Source: Minisyncoccia bacterium (lineage in GTDB: Bacteria; Patescibacteriota; Minisyncoccia; Phycocordibacterales; UBA918). Taken from it: 64,000 nt of DNA. Positions within the stretch are counted from its first letter, which is position 1, and each line of letters starts with the position of its first letter. The notes below the pieces were generated by a model. It was not told the origin of the DNA. It did no database searches and saw only the letters and a program-made list of their open reading frames with translations. Where the stretch lies: positions 143,872 through 207,871 of the forward strand of contig JBGSPE010000005.1 in NCBI GenBank assembly GCA_041738755.1, given 5' to 3'. Made by a program: the position numbers and the translations under genes. Shown one piece after another: positions 19,664-28,884 of this stretch.

Positions 19664-20494
19664 ATGTCACGTGCTTCATACAAAATAATTGCTGGAGTAC
19701 TACTCTTTTGGCTTGGGTTCTTTTTAATCCTTCAGGTACTATTCCAACCATCACACAACAGAGACTGGGAAATTGGGCATGAGGCTCTTCCAACAATTTC
19801 CTTTGCTGATGGTACGGTGACGATTGATAACTTCAGAAATTTTGACTGGTACGAGGAATACAAGGCCAATGCAATATACGAAACCATTTCATTTAAAGAA
19901 GAGGATATTCAATCAGTCGATGTCTTTATTTCTAACTTCGCAGAGTTCCAAGGGTTGGCTCATATCTTCTTAAGCTTTGGGTTAAAAAATGGTCAATATG
20001 TCACCGTCTCACTTGAGACACGCCGGGAGAGTGATGAGAAGTTTTCACCCATTCTGGGTATCTTGCGTCAATACGAGATTATCTACGTTGTAGGGTCTGA
20101 ACGTGACTTGGTAGGCGCTCGAACGGGCCCACGTGATGAGCGAGTCTATCTCTATCCGACCAAGGCAACACCTGAACAAGCTAAAAGACTCTTTAGGCTA
20201 CTAGCTGAAGATATTAATACCATCGCTACCGAACCACGGATGTATAACACACTTACTCAAAACTGTACGAATGAAATCACGAGAAGGGTAGAAGAAGTAG
20301 CTGATGTATCATTCCCGTTATCCTGGAAGACCGTGATGCCTGGCTACTTTGATGAAGTTCTCTATGAAATGGGAATCATCGATACGAGTGTACCCTTTGC
20401 AGAGATAAAAGCCGGATATCTCATCGACAATACAACAGTCAACGCTGATTCACCGACCTACAGTGCTGATTTGCGTTCCAAAATAGCCCAGTAA
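19664..20494 (+). CDS. hypothetical membrane-anchored protein (possibly DUF4105/Lnb-like)
   Basis: N-terminal TM helix. A conserved-looking YNTLTQNCTNEI motif is recalled from DUF4105, but the assignment is tentative. Confidence 0.4.
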   Translation: MSRASYKIIAGVLLFWLGFFLILQVLFQPSHNRDWEIGHEALPTISFADGTVTIDNFRNFDWYEEYKANAIYETISFKEEDIQSVDVFISNFAEFQGLAHIFLSFGLKNGQYVTVSLETRRESDEKFSPILGILRQYEIIYVVGSERDLVGARTGPRDERVYLYPTKATPEQAKRLFRLLAEDINTIATEPRMYNTLTQNCTNEITRRVEEVADVSFPLSWKTVMPGYFDEVLYEMGIIDTSVPFAEIKAGYLIDNTTVNADSPTYSADLRSKIAQ

Positions 20495-20542
20495 TGTGTA
20501 TTTACGCTCGAAAGCCCAGTATGCTACAATTCTGGCCTCACA

Positions 20543-20618
20543 GGGCCCTTAGCTCATCCGGTAGAGCGCTTCCATGGCATGGAAGAGGTGAGCGGTTCAA
20601 GTCCGCTAGGGTCCACCA
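20543..20618 (+). tRNA. tRNA-Ala (anticodon GGC), CCA encoded
   Basis: GGGCCCTTAGCTCATCCGGTAGAGCGCTTCCATGGCATGGAAGAGGTGAGCGGTTCAAGTCCGCTAGGGTCCACCA folds as a 76-nt cloverleaf. It has the G3:U70 pair and the anticodon loop ATGGCAT. Confidence 0.9.
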
Positions 20619-20622
20619 CGAC

Positions 20623-20666
20623 AAAACAAAACACTACCATTCTTAGGAATGGTAGTGTTTTGTTTT
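20623..20666 (+). terminator. strong rho-independent terminator after the tRNA
   Basis: Perfect 20-bp stem AAAACAAAACACTACCATTC / GAATGGTAGTGTTTTGTTTT with a TTAG loop. A second hairpin GCATCTGCC-CTGC-GGCAGATGC (20668-20689) follows immediately. Confidence 0.8.
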
Positions 20667-20681
20667 AGCATCTGCCCTGCG

Positions 20682-21002
20682 GCAGATGCGTGTCGTGGTG
20701 GAAGACGGAGACATGTCGCTCTGCGACAGTCGAGTCGGGGTCGAGAACACTTAGTAGATTTGGAGCGAAGCGAACAAATATACTTAGTGATTCGTGACCA
20801 CAGAGATATTAAATTATTTTCCCGCGGCACTTGCTAGATTGTGAGTGATAACGAAACAATATAGCTTAGTGACAGTCAGGATCAGTCCGCTAGTGTTGTT
20901 AGAATTGGAGCGATGCGAACAATCATGGTTAGTAACTCGTGACCACAAAAATGCAGCAGATGCGTGTCGTGATGGAAGACGGAGACATTTCGCTCTGCGA
21001 CA
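20682..21002. repeat. non-coding repeat block: R1 (20682-20728), R2 (20756-20805), R2' (20901-20950), R1' (20956-21002) as direct repeats in permuted order
   Basis: R1 and R1' are 47 bp (GCAGATGCGTGTCGTG[G/A]TGGAAGACGGAGACAT[G/T]TCGCTCTGCGACA) with 2 mismatches. R2 and R2' are about 50 bp (TTGGAGCGA[A/T]GCGAACAA...GTGACCACA) at roughly 75% identity. No ORF covers the block. Confidence 0.6.
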
Positions 21003-21069
21003 ATGGTGACTATCTCACCGTTATTTTGAATCAATTCAAATCAATTATTTGTACTGATATACTATCTTC

Positions 21070-21678
21070 ATGCCGATAGGAACGCTACGTTTTCCACCAT
21101 ACAGTAAGATAATAATGTTGAATCTCATTATGATTCTTTTTGCTTTTATGTTTAATTGGTCAGTTGGCTCGATTGCAGTTTCTTACCTGTTGAATGCCAT
21201 AACCATTTCCATAATCGCGATATTTGAGTTTTTTTATTTAGTATTCATTAGGAGAGATGCGCTAAAAAGTACATTTAAGAATAGGACGAACCCACCACGA
21301 ACTCACAAATCCTTCGTGGAAGATTTCTTTGGTTTCACCCTTAGTTTTTGTTTCAGCTATGCAATTATATTTCTTTTCTTTTACAGTGCCTTCCGGCCAC
21401 ACTTTAATACAACGGTTTTTATTTTTGCTGTGATTTATTTTATCAGTCAAACTGTATTAATGATCATCCGGGCTAAGTCTGATACTGAGAAGCATAGAAT
21501 ATTAAGTGAAGAGGCGATTATCCTTGTACCGCACGGTTACCTTGTAACACTGGCATTGATTTTACTACTTTTGGTACCTCTTCAAAACCCTCTAGTAATA
21601 CTTTTTTTTGGTGGTATCACTGACGTTTATGTAGAAGTGTTGAGTAGAAAGTATCGCTATCAAAAGGTCACCAATTGA
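21070..21678 (+). CDS. hypothetical polytopic membrane protein
   Basis: About 5 predicted TM helices and no conserved motif. The start could be the internal Met near 21115. Confidence 0.4.
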   Translation: MPIGTLRFPPYSKIIMLNLIMILFAFMFNWSVGSIAVSYLLNAITISIIAIFEFFYLVFIRRDALKSTFKNRTNPPRTHKSFVEDFFGFTLSFCFSYAIIFLFFYSAFRPHFNTTVFIFAVIYFISQTVLMIIRAKSDTEKHRILSEEAIILVPHGYLVTLALILLLLVPLQNPLVILFFGGITDVYVEVLSRKYRYQKVTN

Positions 21679-21769
21679 GAAATTTAGTCAACAATAAAGC
21701 ACTAATTGTGTAGCGGTTTATACTTTTTGTAATTCATTATTATATAACTGTAATCTACCTGTCACCGAT

Positions 21770-22417
21770 TTATTGAAGTGCTTCTTTTAGAAATTCGAAT
21801 CCTTCATTATGAATAGTGTGTCCAAGGTCTGAGTACAGACGCAGTGTGACATCGGCACGATGTTCACGTAAATAGTTAGCGGTTGTAGTGACTCGTTGCT
21901 TGGGAATATGGAAATCGTTCTCATCACATCCTATATACAGAGGCGTACCTGCCAATGAACCCTCTATGTTTTGAGTAACTTCAGCTTCGCTCCCAATCAG
22001 GCCACCGCTAGAAATCGCTACACCGAGGTAATGCCTTGGATTTTGCTTTACAAATTCAGCAACCAAACAGGCTCCTTGAGAAAAACCACCCAGAGCAATG
22101 TGATTATGAGGAATTTTATATTGAGTATGTATAAATGTAATGAGTGAAGATATACGCTCTAAGGAGGAATGTAAATCAGGCTGATTGGCCTCTTGTGGCT
22201 CAATAAATCGTTCGGGGTACCACGTATTTCTCGCTGCTTGAGGAGCTAGCACAAGCAAATCCTTGGGTACGTCAAAGTGAGTTGTAATACTTAGGATATC
22301 TTCAGCGGTTGCTCCACGACCATGAAGTAACAGTAGTGCTTTTTGTGGGTTAACTGTATTGCCTATAACTAATACAACCTGGTCTCCGTGTGGCAACATC
22401 GAATTAGGAATCTTCAT
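21770..22417 (-). CDS. alpha/beta hydrolase of the phospholipase/carboxylesterase (Abhydrolase_2) family
   Basis: LLLLHGRGATAEDIL, nucleophile elbow GFSQG, and a C-terminal His (LGHTI). Length 215 aa. Confidence 0.65.
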   Translation of the reverse strand: MKIPNSMLPHGDQVVLVIGNTVNPQKALLLLHGRGATAEDILSITTHFDVPKDLLVLAPQAARNTWYPERFIEPQEANQPDLHSSLERISSLITFIHTQYKIPHNHIALGGFSQGACLVAEFVKQNPRHYLGVAISSGGLIGSEAEVTQNIEGSLAGTPLYIGCDENDFHIPKQRVTTTANYLREHRADVTLRLYSDLGHTIHNEGFEFLKEALQ

Positions 22418-22418
22418 A

Positions 22419-23385
22419 CTATTTTTTATCTCGAGGCAATGTAAGGGGTATCAAATTAGCTTCAATTTTCTGACGATACGGTTCGTATTGGGGAGGAAGT
22501 ACAAGATTTTCTCCCAACTCAGCCGCTGGCTCATCAACGGTAAAGCCAATATCATCAGTGGCAATTTCAAAGAGTATTGAGGCTGGTGTCATAAAATAGA
22601 CTGAGTAAAAATACTTTCGGTCAATTAAACCAGTAGTGTCGACTCCGAGGTTTTGAATTTGTTCACCAAGGGCCATAAGTTCCGTATCAGTCTCAACTTG
22701 AAAAGCAATGTGATGAACTGAACCAGCACCTTGTCGAGCAGGAGGGAGATTGGGAGACTGCTTTGTGGCAAGGAATTTTCCAGGCCACGATGTTGCTTCA
22801 TACCTTGTAACACCATCTCTCGTTTCGACTTCAGTGTAGCCAAGTCCGTCGGTCAAGACTGGAGCAATAGAGATGTTATCGGGTATGGTAAGGAGTGCTC
22901 CGTAAAAACCACGTAAGCTGTGCTCATGAGGAATGGGGCCGTTTACCCAGTATTCGACAGCGTCCTCCACGACTGCCTCGACTAGTCCAATTTTGAGTCC
23001 AAATTTTGAGTCCATCCGGGTCTTTTATCATCAGACATTTTTCTCCAAACGGTAGCTGCTTTTCATCATAAAAAACTTCATGAACGTCGGCACGCTCTTT
23101 CCAATACCCGATTGAACCGGTCGGGATAGCATAATAGATACTGTCCACTTCACCACTACCACTCGTTCCATCAGGAATACCTGCCCAATAAAAGAACGTG
23201 AGTGCGGTACCTGGAGAGCCAACAGCATCACCGTAGTAAAGGTGATAGGCGCTCGGATCATCAAAATTTACCGTTCTTTTTATAAAACGTTGCCCTAAAA
23301 ATCCTTCATAGAAGTCGAGGTTTGCTTGGGGGTCGCTCGTGATAGCCGTGATGTGATGAAGACCTTTCGTTTTTATCATTACCAA
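22419..23385 (-). pseudogene. two-domain VOC-superfamily ring-cleaving (extradiol) dioxygenase, frameshifted by a 13-bp tandem duplication at 22998-23010
   Basis: ORFs 22924..23385 and 22419..23015 encode N- and C-terminal glyoxalase/VOC domains (HHITAITSD...; HHIAFQVETD...) in frames offset by 1. The overlap contains TCCAATTTTGAG|TCCAAATTTTGAG. Deleting the 13-bp unit joins the frames into ...DPDGLKIGLVEAVVE.... Confidence 0.6.
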
Positions 23386-23485
23386 ATTGTATTAGAATAG
23401 CAACCACAAGACAATCTATACGTACTGTGAACCGAGTTTTTCTAGACATTGAGCAACACCAATCTATAGTGATACACTTATTAAC

Positions 23486-23713
23486 ATGGAAAATCCTAAA
23501 AGTTACGCTGAGTCGATTGAAGCAATCGCTCACAGTGAATACGTAAAAACTGAAACAGAACTGTCAGAAGCAGTAAAAGAATTAAGTCGCCTGACAGAAG
23601 CAGGAAATTATGATGACGTACCATTTGAATTAGTCGATAAAATTACTGAATTACAAGATGAACTGGGTGTAAGGCTAAAGGACTGGCTAGAGTCCATGGG
23701 TCTAGATCAGTAA
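23486..23713 (+). CDS. hypothetical small acidic protein
   Basis: 75-aa ORF with no motifs. Confidence 0.3.
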   Translation: MENPKSYAESIEAIAHSEYVKTETELSEAVKELSRLTEAGNYDDVPFELVDKITELQDELGVRLKDWLESMGLDQ

Positions 23714-23784
23714 CTCTATTTATTGACATAATCAAAAAAGTTGGCATTATACAATTTGGATTTGTTCATACCGGAGACTAGATA

Positions 23785-24036
23785 ATGTCTTTTTTCACCG
23801 CAGGACTGATATTCACAGCTATCTGCACATCGCTCATAGTTGTATCAATTTTGATTTTTCTATACACATACTTTGGAAAAGCTCAGAAAAAGTTAGTCAT
23901 TTACAATAATAAAATGACTAACAAGCAGTTCGATTTCTTTGAAGCCACAATGGTTGGCATCGTACTTGGAACCGTCGGTTCATTCTTTGCTGCGCTAATC
24001 TGCTTTGCAATTGCCTTGTATTATCAAGTGATGTAA
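23785..24036 (+). CDS. hypothetical small membrane protein (2 TM helices)
   Basis: 83-aa ORF with two hydrophobic helices. A terminator-like hairpin lies at about 24064-24096. Confidence 0.35.
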   Translation: MSFFTAGLIFTAICTSLIVVSILIFLYTYFGKAQKKLVIYNNKMTNKQFDFFEATMVGIVLGTVGSFFAALICFAIALYYQVM

Positions 24037-24149
24037 GTAAGAGCCTCACAAGCTATGAAAGTCCCCACGACTTCACAACTCGCGGGGCTTTTTTCAAAGT
24101 TAAAAGGCTGTGGGTGTAGATATAAAGCAAGAGATGCTACCATTATGTA

Positions 24150-24440
24150 ATGGATACAACATACGTGATTATCGGAGTATTAGTTGCAATCAACCTTTTT
24201 GCGTTCATAGTGACCTGGAATGATAAGCGTAAGTCCGTAGAAGGTGCTCACCTTGACCGAACACCAGAAGGACTCCTGTTCTTTTTCGCCGCCGCGTTCG
24301 GAAGTGTCGGCGTCTACCTCGCCATGCAACTCTTTCGTCACAAAACAAAAAAGTGGTATTTTCAACTTGGTATTCCACTGCTCATTCTCCAGAATGCTGC
24401 CACTATCTATTTGGTTGTAGAAATTTACCTACAGGTTTAA
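24150..24440 (+). CDS. DUF1294-family small membrane protein
   Basis: WNDKRKSVEGAHLDRTPEGLLFFFAAAFGSVGVYLAMQLFRHKTKKWYF matches the DUF1294 consensus (W.DK..A..R.PE..L...A..GG..GA..AM..F.HKT.K). Confidence 0.6.
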   Translation: MDTTYVIIGVLVAINLFAFIVTWNDKRKSVEGAHLDRTPEGLLFFFAAAFGSVGVYLAMQLFRHKTKKWYFQLGIPLLILQNAATIYLVVEIYLQV

Positions 24441-25130
24441 TAACTCCTTCAACTTTTTATAACAATCAAGGTGGTCATCAACCGGGACAGTTTCGATAAC
24501 ACCGATGACAGCCTCGTCATTACCGCCAGGGAACAGGCCGTCGCCGAAGTAGATACACTCATCGGGGTTCCACTTCATGAAATCAATCAGCTTTTGGACA
24601 TTGGTACCTTTATGGCGGTCTTTGTGGATGTAGTCAAGACTGGTTGAGCCACCAATCTTTACAATTAAATCTTCTGAAGCAAAGGGGATTTTATCCAAGA
24701 GAGAATTACGTTTTTCTCTAGTAGGGTCGTAGACTTGCTTCAATTCGACTGGGGCAGTATTACCAATCGGACTAAAGGTAATCTGCGCGCCTCGATCTTC
24801 AATCGGGTTCCAGTCGAGATTAATGTCATGGTCGAGGATCTCGATGATTTCACTGATGTGGTCGAGAATCTCGGTGCGGTGATGAGGGTCGAGGGGAATA
24901 TTCCAGAGAAGGGTACCATCAAGAGCGAGAGCGTGATTACCGTTTTGACCAAGTACAAACGCCGGAAGGTTGTTACTTTGCCATTTTATTTTCTCGGTTT
25001 CCTGGCCAGAGACAATGATAATGTCGTGTGGAAGTGAGGTGAGAAGGTCGTACATCTCTTGTAAAATCGGCTGTCGTGCCGGGGCAATGGTCTGGTCCAT
25101 ATCAAAGAAAAGGTGGCGGTATTGTGTCAT
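24429..25130 (-). CDS. HAD-superfamily IIB hydrolase resembling eukaryotic-type phosphomannomutase (PMM)
   Basis: Motif I FFDMDQT (DxDxT). The C-terminal YFGDGLFPGGNDEAVIG parallels the PMM FFGDKTxPGGNDHEIF. Confidence 0.5.
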   Translation of the reverse strand: MTQYRHLFFDMDQTIAPARQPILQEMYDLLTSLPHDIIIVSGQETEKIKWQSNNLPAFVLGQNGNHALALDGTLLWNIPLDPHHRTEILDHISEIIEILDHDINLDWNPIEDRGAQITFSPIGNTAPVELKQVYDPTREKRNSLLDKIPFASEDLIVKIGGSTSLDYIHKDRHKGTNVQKLIDFMKWNPDECIYFGDGLFPGGNDEAVIGVIETVPVDDHLDCYKKLKELLNL

Positions 25131-25177
25131 AGTGTCTCTAGCATAGCCGATATCTTAGACACAGTAAATCAATTCGT

Positions 25178-25723
25178 ATGGGACGGGGCTCTGCTACAAT
25201 GAGGTATATGACAGTATTCATAGGTTTGATTAGTATTTTGCAGTCATTTGCAATCTCGCTTGGTGTAGGTTCTTCGACGTTGGCTATTATTAATTTCTTC
25301 GTGGCTATCTTTGATGGCAAAATTGACGAGACCGAACGAAAAATGATGGGCGTGGCATACATTATCCTACGGGTAGCAATGGTTGTAATCCTTGTCACAA
25401 CTATCTCTCTGCTCGCGCTCGAGAGTGCTGGACGTGGCGTCTATGGCTTGAGCGCCTTCTCCTTTGCGCAGTTAATTATCATCGCTGTACTCTTCTTAAA
25501 CGCTATCCTCATGACAGCGAGACTGATGCCAAGTACCTTTGGTCCTGCTATTCAAGCTGGGAGCTGGTATGCACTCGGAACTCTCGCTGCCTTCGTGCCA
25601 CTCGGACTGACTGGCTTTTCCATCACGCAATTCCTCCTTGGCTACCTCACCTGGGTCGTACTCGCTACATCTATCGTTAATGGTGTGATGTCACTGATTA
25701 AACACCGAAAGCGGATTACTTAG
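25178..25723 (+). CDS. hypothetical polytopic membrane protein
   Basis: 181-aa ORF with 5-6 TM helices. Confidence 0.4.
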   Translation: MGRGSATMRYMTVFIGLISILQSFAISLGVGSSTLAIINFFVAIFDGKIDETERKMMGVAYIILRVAMVVILVTTISLLALESAGRGVYGLSAFSFAQLIIIAVLFLNAILMTARLMPSTFGPAIQAGSWYALGTLAAFVPLGLTGFSITQFLLGYLTWVVLATSIVNGVMSLIKHRKRIT

Positions 25724-25732
25724 GTGAAGTTA

Positions 25733-25773
25733 AAAGAAAACCGCAGTCCCAGAGGGACTGCGGTTTTCTTTTG
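25733..25773. terminator. bidirectional rho-independent terminator between convergent genes
   Basis: AAAACCGCAGTCCC-AGAG-GGACTGCGGTTTTC hairpin flanked by A and T runs. Confidence 0.75.
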
Positions 25774-25783
25774 TTCAATCTGT

Positions 25784-28700
25784 CTAGCTTCGAACCTTAC
25801 CTGGGTATTTGAGATAGATGATAGGTACCAAGACGAGCGTAATAACGACTGAGAACGTAAGTCCGAAGATAATCGCAGTCGCGAGTGGAATCCACAAGTC
25901 ATCGGTATAGAGGAGCGGAATCATACCAATAACGGTCGTCAGTGAGGTCAGAAGAATCGGTCGCAGTCGACTAACAGAGGACTCAACTACAATAGTTCGC
26001 ATTGGAGTCTCTGGGGTACGTCGTCGTTCACTGTTCATTTGGTCAATCAAAAGAATTGAGTTGTTTACCACAATTCCAGACAGGGCAATGAATCCCATTA
26101 TAGAAGGGAAAGACAATGCACTTCCAGTCACCGCGAGACCAACCAAAATACCAATGAGTGAAAATGGCAGGATAGAAAGGACGTACGCAGTATGTCGGTA
26201 GGAATCAAATTGGAGTACCAAAACCGTAACCATAAGGAGTACACCGACAACGAGAGCCAAAAAGAGTTCACCAAAGGCTTGGTCAGAATCTTCATTTTCT
26301 CCACCAAGTTCGATGGTGACGTCGCTCGGGATATCGAGCTCAGAATCAATCCGCTCGAGGAGTTCGGTATTGATATCGCGGACAACACCGGTATTGGTGA
26401 TATCTGCACTCACTGAAACAATTCGTGATTGATCTTCGTGATTGATAGCGGTACTTGATTCACGCAAGTTACTCGTAACAAGAGATGAGAGTAGGACCGT
26501 TTCTCCAGTTGGAGTACTAAGTTCAATGTTCTCTAGGGTCGCTAAGGTTGTTCGGTTTGCTTCGGCCGGATCAATGGTTGGGTCGTTGGTAAGGTTAAGA
26601 CGAACTACCACATCAATGTCGTCGGTCACGGTTGTAAGCGACGTTGCATCAGTTCCAAAGACCGCAGAACGCAGCGTCTGTGAGACGACTTGTGGATTTA
26701 AGCCCGCCGCTGAGGTCTTAGCTTTATCAAGGTTTAAGACAATCTCAGTACTGTTGTTATTGGTACTCGTGGTCACGTTGGTAGTGCCTTCAATCGTGTC
26801 GAGCAGTCTAGCGATGTCAACAGCTACGTGATTAAGTTCTTCGAGATCTTCTCCAAGGACACGTACGCCAATTGGTGCGCCAGTAGGCGGACCATTTGAT
26901 GGTTGATTGATAGTAACTTTGAAGTCTTTTATCTCTGCAAATTCTGCTCGCAACATGTCAGACACTTCAGTACTGGTCATGTCTCGCTCCGGAGCAAGGG
27001 CAACGTAAAAGCTCCCGAGCTTTTCGTTTTGTCCACCGGCGCCAAAGATACTGCCAGAACCAACGGTAGCTGAGAACGCTTCAATCACATCCGGGTGACG
27101 GTAGAAGATTTCTTCAACGCGTCGCATGGCGATATCGGTCGTTTCTTTGACTGTGCTTTCTGGGAGTTCCACTTCAACATAAATTCCTGGTACGTCTGAT
27201 TGTTCAAAGAAAATCACTTTTACAAGCCCCAGGGGTACCAAAGCAAGCGAACCAATAAAACCTGCAATCAATAAAGCCAAGAAAGTGGCTTTTCGCTTAC
27301 GAGTATCAAGCAACCAGAGGAGCTTTCCACGGTACCAGTCTTCAAGTTGGTGGCTATATTTAAGTTGCTTCTGTTCAAGCTTTGTTGTACTTCGTCGTCG
27401 TAGGAAGACAGAACTAATGAGTGGAAGGAACCCAAGTGCTACCACGAGTGAAGCAAAGAGAATAAAGACCAGGGTAAATGGAATACCAGCGATAAACTGT
27501 CCGGTCACACCAGAGACAATAAAGAGTCCCACAAACATCGAAACGGTGGTAAGGGTTCCCGCTGTCAGTGGGGCGCTAAATTCTACGACCGCTAAGCGAG
27601 CTGCTTCAGACTTATCCATGGTTGGATTGTCCTTCATGTTTTTGTTGATAGCTTCAACAACTACAATGGCGGTATCAACTAATACTCCGATACCAAGAAT
27701 CAGGGCAAAGAGACTGATGAAGTTGATAGTGTTACCAGACAGGTAGAGTCCAATAAAGCCAATCATGAATGAGAGGGGGATTGAGAGACCAGCAATCAAA
27801 CCTTCACGCCAGCCAATTGCTATGACTAGTACAATAATCACTAGAAAAATAGTCTGAATACCAGAGTTGGTTAAGTTGGTGAGGTCATCTCGAATATCCT
27901 TTCCAGCGTCGAGAATGGTGTACAGCGTAAGACCTTCAAGAAGGCCATTATCACCTTGAAGTGCAGTTAATCGGTCATTTATTTCAGCGGTAAGACGAGT
28001 GATGTCGCCACCGCGCTGTTTATAGACATCAAATGAGACAGCGGCTTGTGATGGTTCTCCGTCAACACTCAAGCGAGAGAGGGTAGTAGCGTCAGTGAGA
28101 CCAACGCGGACGGTAGCCACATCCCGTACATAGACTGGTTGGCCACCAAGGGAGGTGATAGGAACTTGGGCTACACCTTCCGCATTTGGAATATCACCTT
28201 CAAAGACCACGTTGTATGACACATCATCAGTCACAATCTGGCCAATCGGGAACGTGGCATTGGCAGTTCTAATGGCGTTTACCACATCAGAAATAGTCAG
28301 GCCGAAGCGAAGCAAGGCAGTTTGTTCTACCAATACACTTACTTCTTCTTCTCGCACCCCACTTTTTTCAACTCGCGAGACACCACTAATACTCTCAAGT
28401 TCCTTTTCAAGCTCATCTGCTAGTAAGACAAACTCTGCGTCAGTTCGGTCACCAGAGATAGAGAAGGTGAGGATTGGTTGATCAACGAAATCTACTTCAA
28501 TCACTCGCGGATCTTCAGCGTCTTCCGGTAGTTCTGGAATAATCGCATCAACGGCGTCTTTCAGGTCAGTAATAGACTCATCGATATCAGCACTCGCTTC
28601 AAATTCTACCGTGACACTCGAAACACCTTCGCGTGAGGTAGAGGTAATCTTTTTTACATTTTCGAGGTTACCACTTAAGCCTCGTTCAATTTCATTTGTA

Positions 28701-28882
28701 ACGAGAGTTTCAACATCGGTGGCTGGTGCTCCGGGAAGAATAGTAGTGACGATACCAACCGGAATCTGTACTTCAGGAGCTGACTCTTTCGGGATAGCAA
28801 TAATTGAGTACACTCCAACCCCAATGAGAACAAAGATGAGGATGAAACTAAATCGGGTTTTCTGTAAGAAGAAATTCCACAT
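25784..28882 (-). CDS. RND-family efflux transporter permease (AcrB/CusA-like, 12 TM helices)
   Basis: 1032 aa. Two large periplasmic loops and two TM bundles. The overall architecture and conserved TM4 region match the AcrB/HAE/HME family. Confidence 0.85.
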   Translation of the reverse strand: MWNFFLQKTRFSFILIFVLIGVGVYSIIAIPKESAPEVQIPVGIVTTILPGAPATDVETLVTNEIERGLSGNLENVKKITSTSREGVSSVTVEFEASADIDESITDLKDAVDAIIPELPEDAEDPRVIEVDFVDQPILTFSISGDRTDAEFVLLADELEKELESISGVSRVEKSGVREEEVSVLVEQTALLRFGLTISDVVNAIRTANATFPIGQIVTDDVSYNVVFEGDIPNAEGVAQVPITSLGGQPVYVRDVATVRVGLTDATTLSRLSVDGEPSQAAVSFDVYKQRGGDITRLTAEINDRLTALQGDNGLLEGLTLYTILDAGKDIRDDLTNLTNSGIQTIFLVIIVLVIAIGWREGLIAGLSIPLSFMIGFIGLYLSGNTINFISLFALILGIGVLVDTAIVVVEAINKNMKDNPTMDKSEAARLAVVEFSAPLTAGTLTTVSMFVGLFIVSGVTGQFIAGIPFTLVFILFASLVVALGFLPLISSVFLRRRSTTKLEQKQLKYSHQLEDWYRGKLLWLLDTRKRKATFLALLIAGFIGSLALVPLGLVKVIFFEQSDVPGIYVEVELPESTVKETTDIAMRRVEEIFYRHPDVIEAFSATVGSGSIFGAGGQNEKLGSFYVALAPERDMTSTEVSDMLRAEFAEIKDFKVTINQPSNGPPTGAPIGVRVLGEDLEELNHVAVDIARLLDTIEGTTNVTTSTNNNSTEIVLNLDKAKTSAAGLNPQVVSQTLRSAVFGTDATSLTTVTDDIDVVVRLNLTNDPTIDPAEANRTTLATLENIELSTPTGETVLLSSLVTSNLRESSTAINHEDQSRIVSVSADITNTGVVRDINTELLERIDSELDIPSDVTIELGGENEDSDQAFGELFLALVVGVLLMVTVLVLQFDSYRHTAYVLSILPFSLIGILVGLAVTGSALSFPSIMGFIALSGIVVNNSILLIDQMNSERRRTPETPMRTIVVESSVSRLRPILLTSLTTVIGMIPLLYTDDLWIPLATAIIFGLTFSVVITLVLVPIIYLKYPGKVRS

Positions 28883-28884
28883 AC

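Noticed and set aside
20682-21002. CRISPR array
   Set aside because: Only two copies of each repeat are present. The repeats are 47-50 bp, arranged in permuted order with irregular spacing, and no cas genes are adjacent. This is not a CRISPR.
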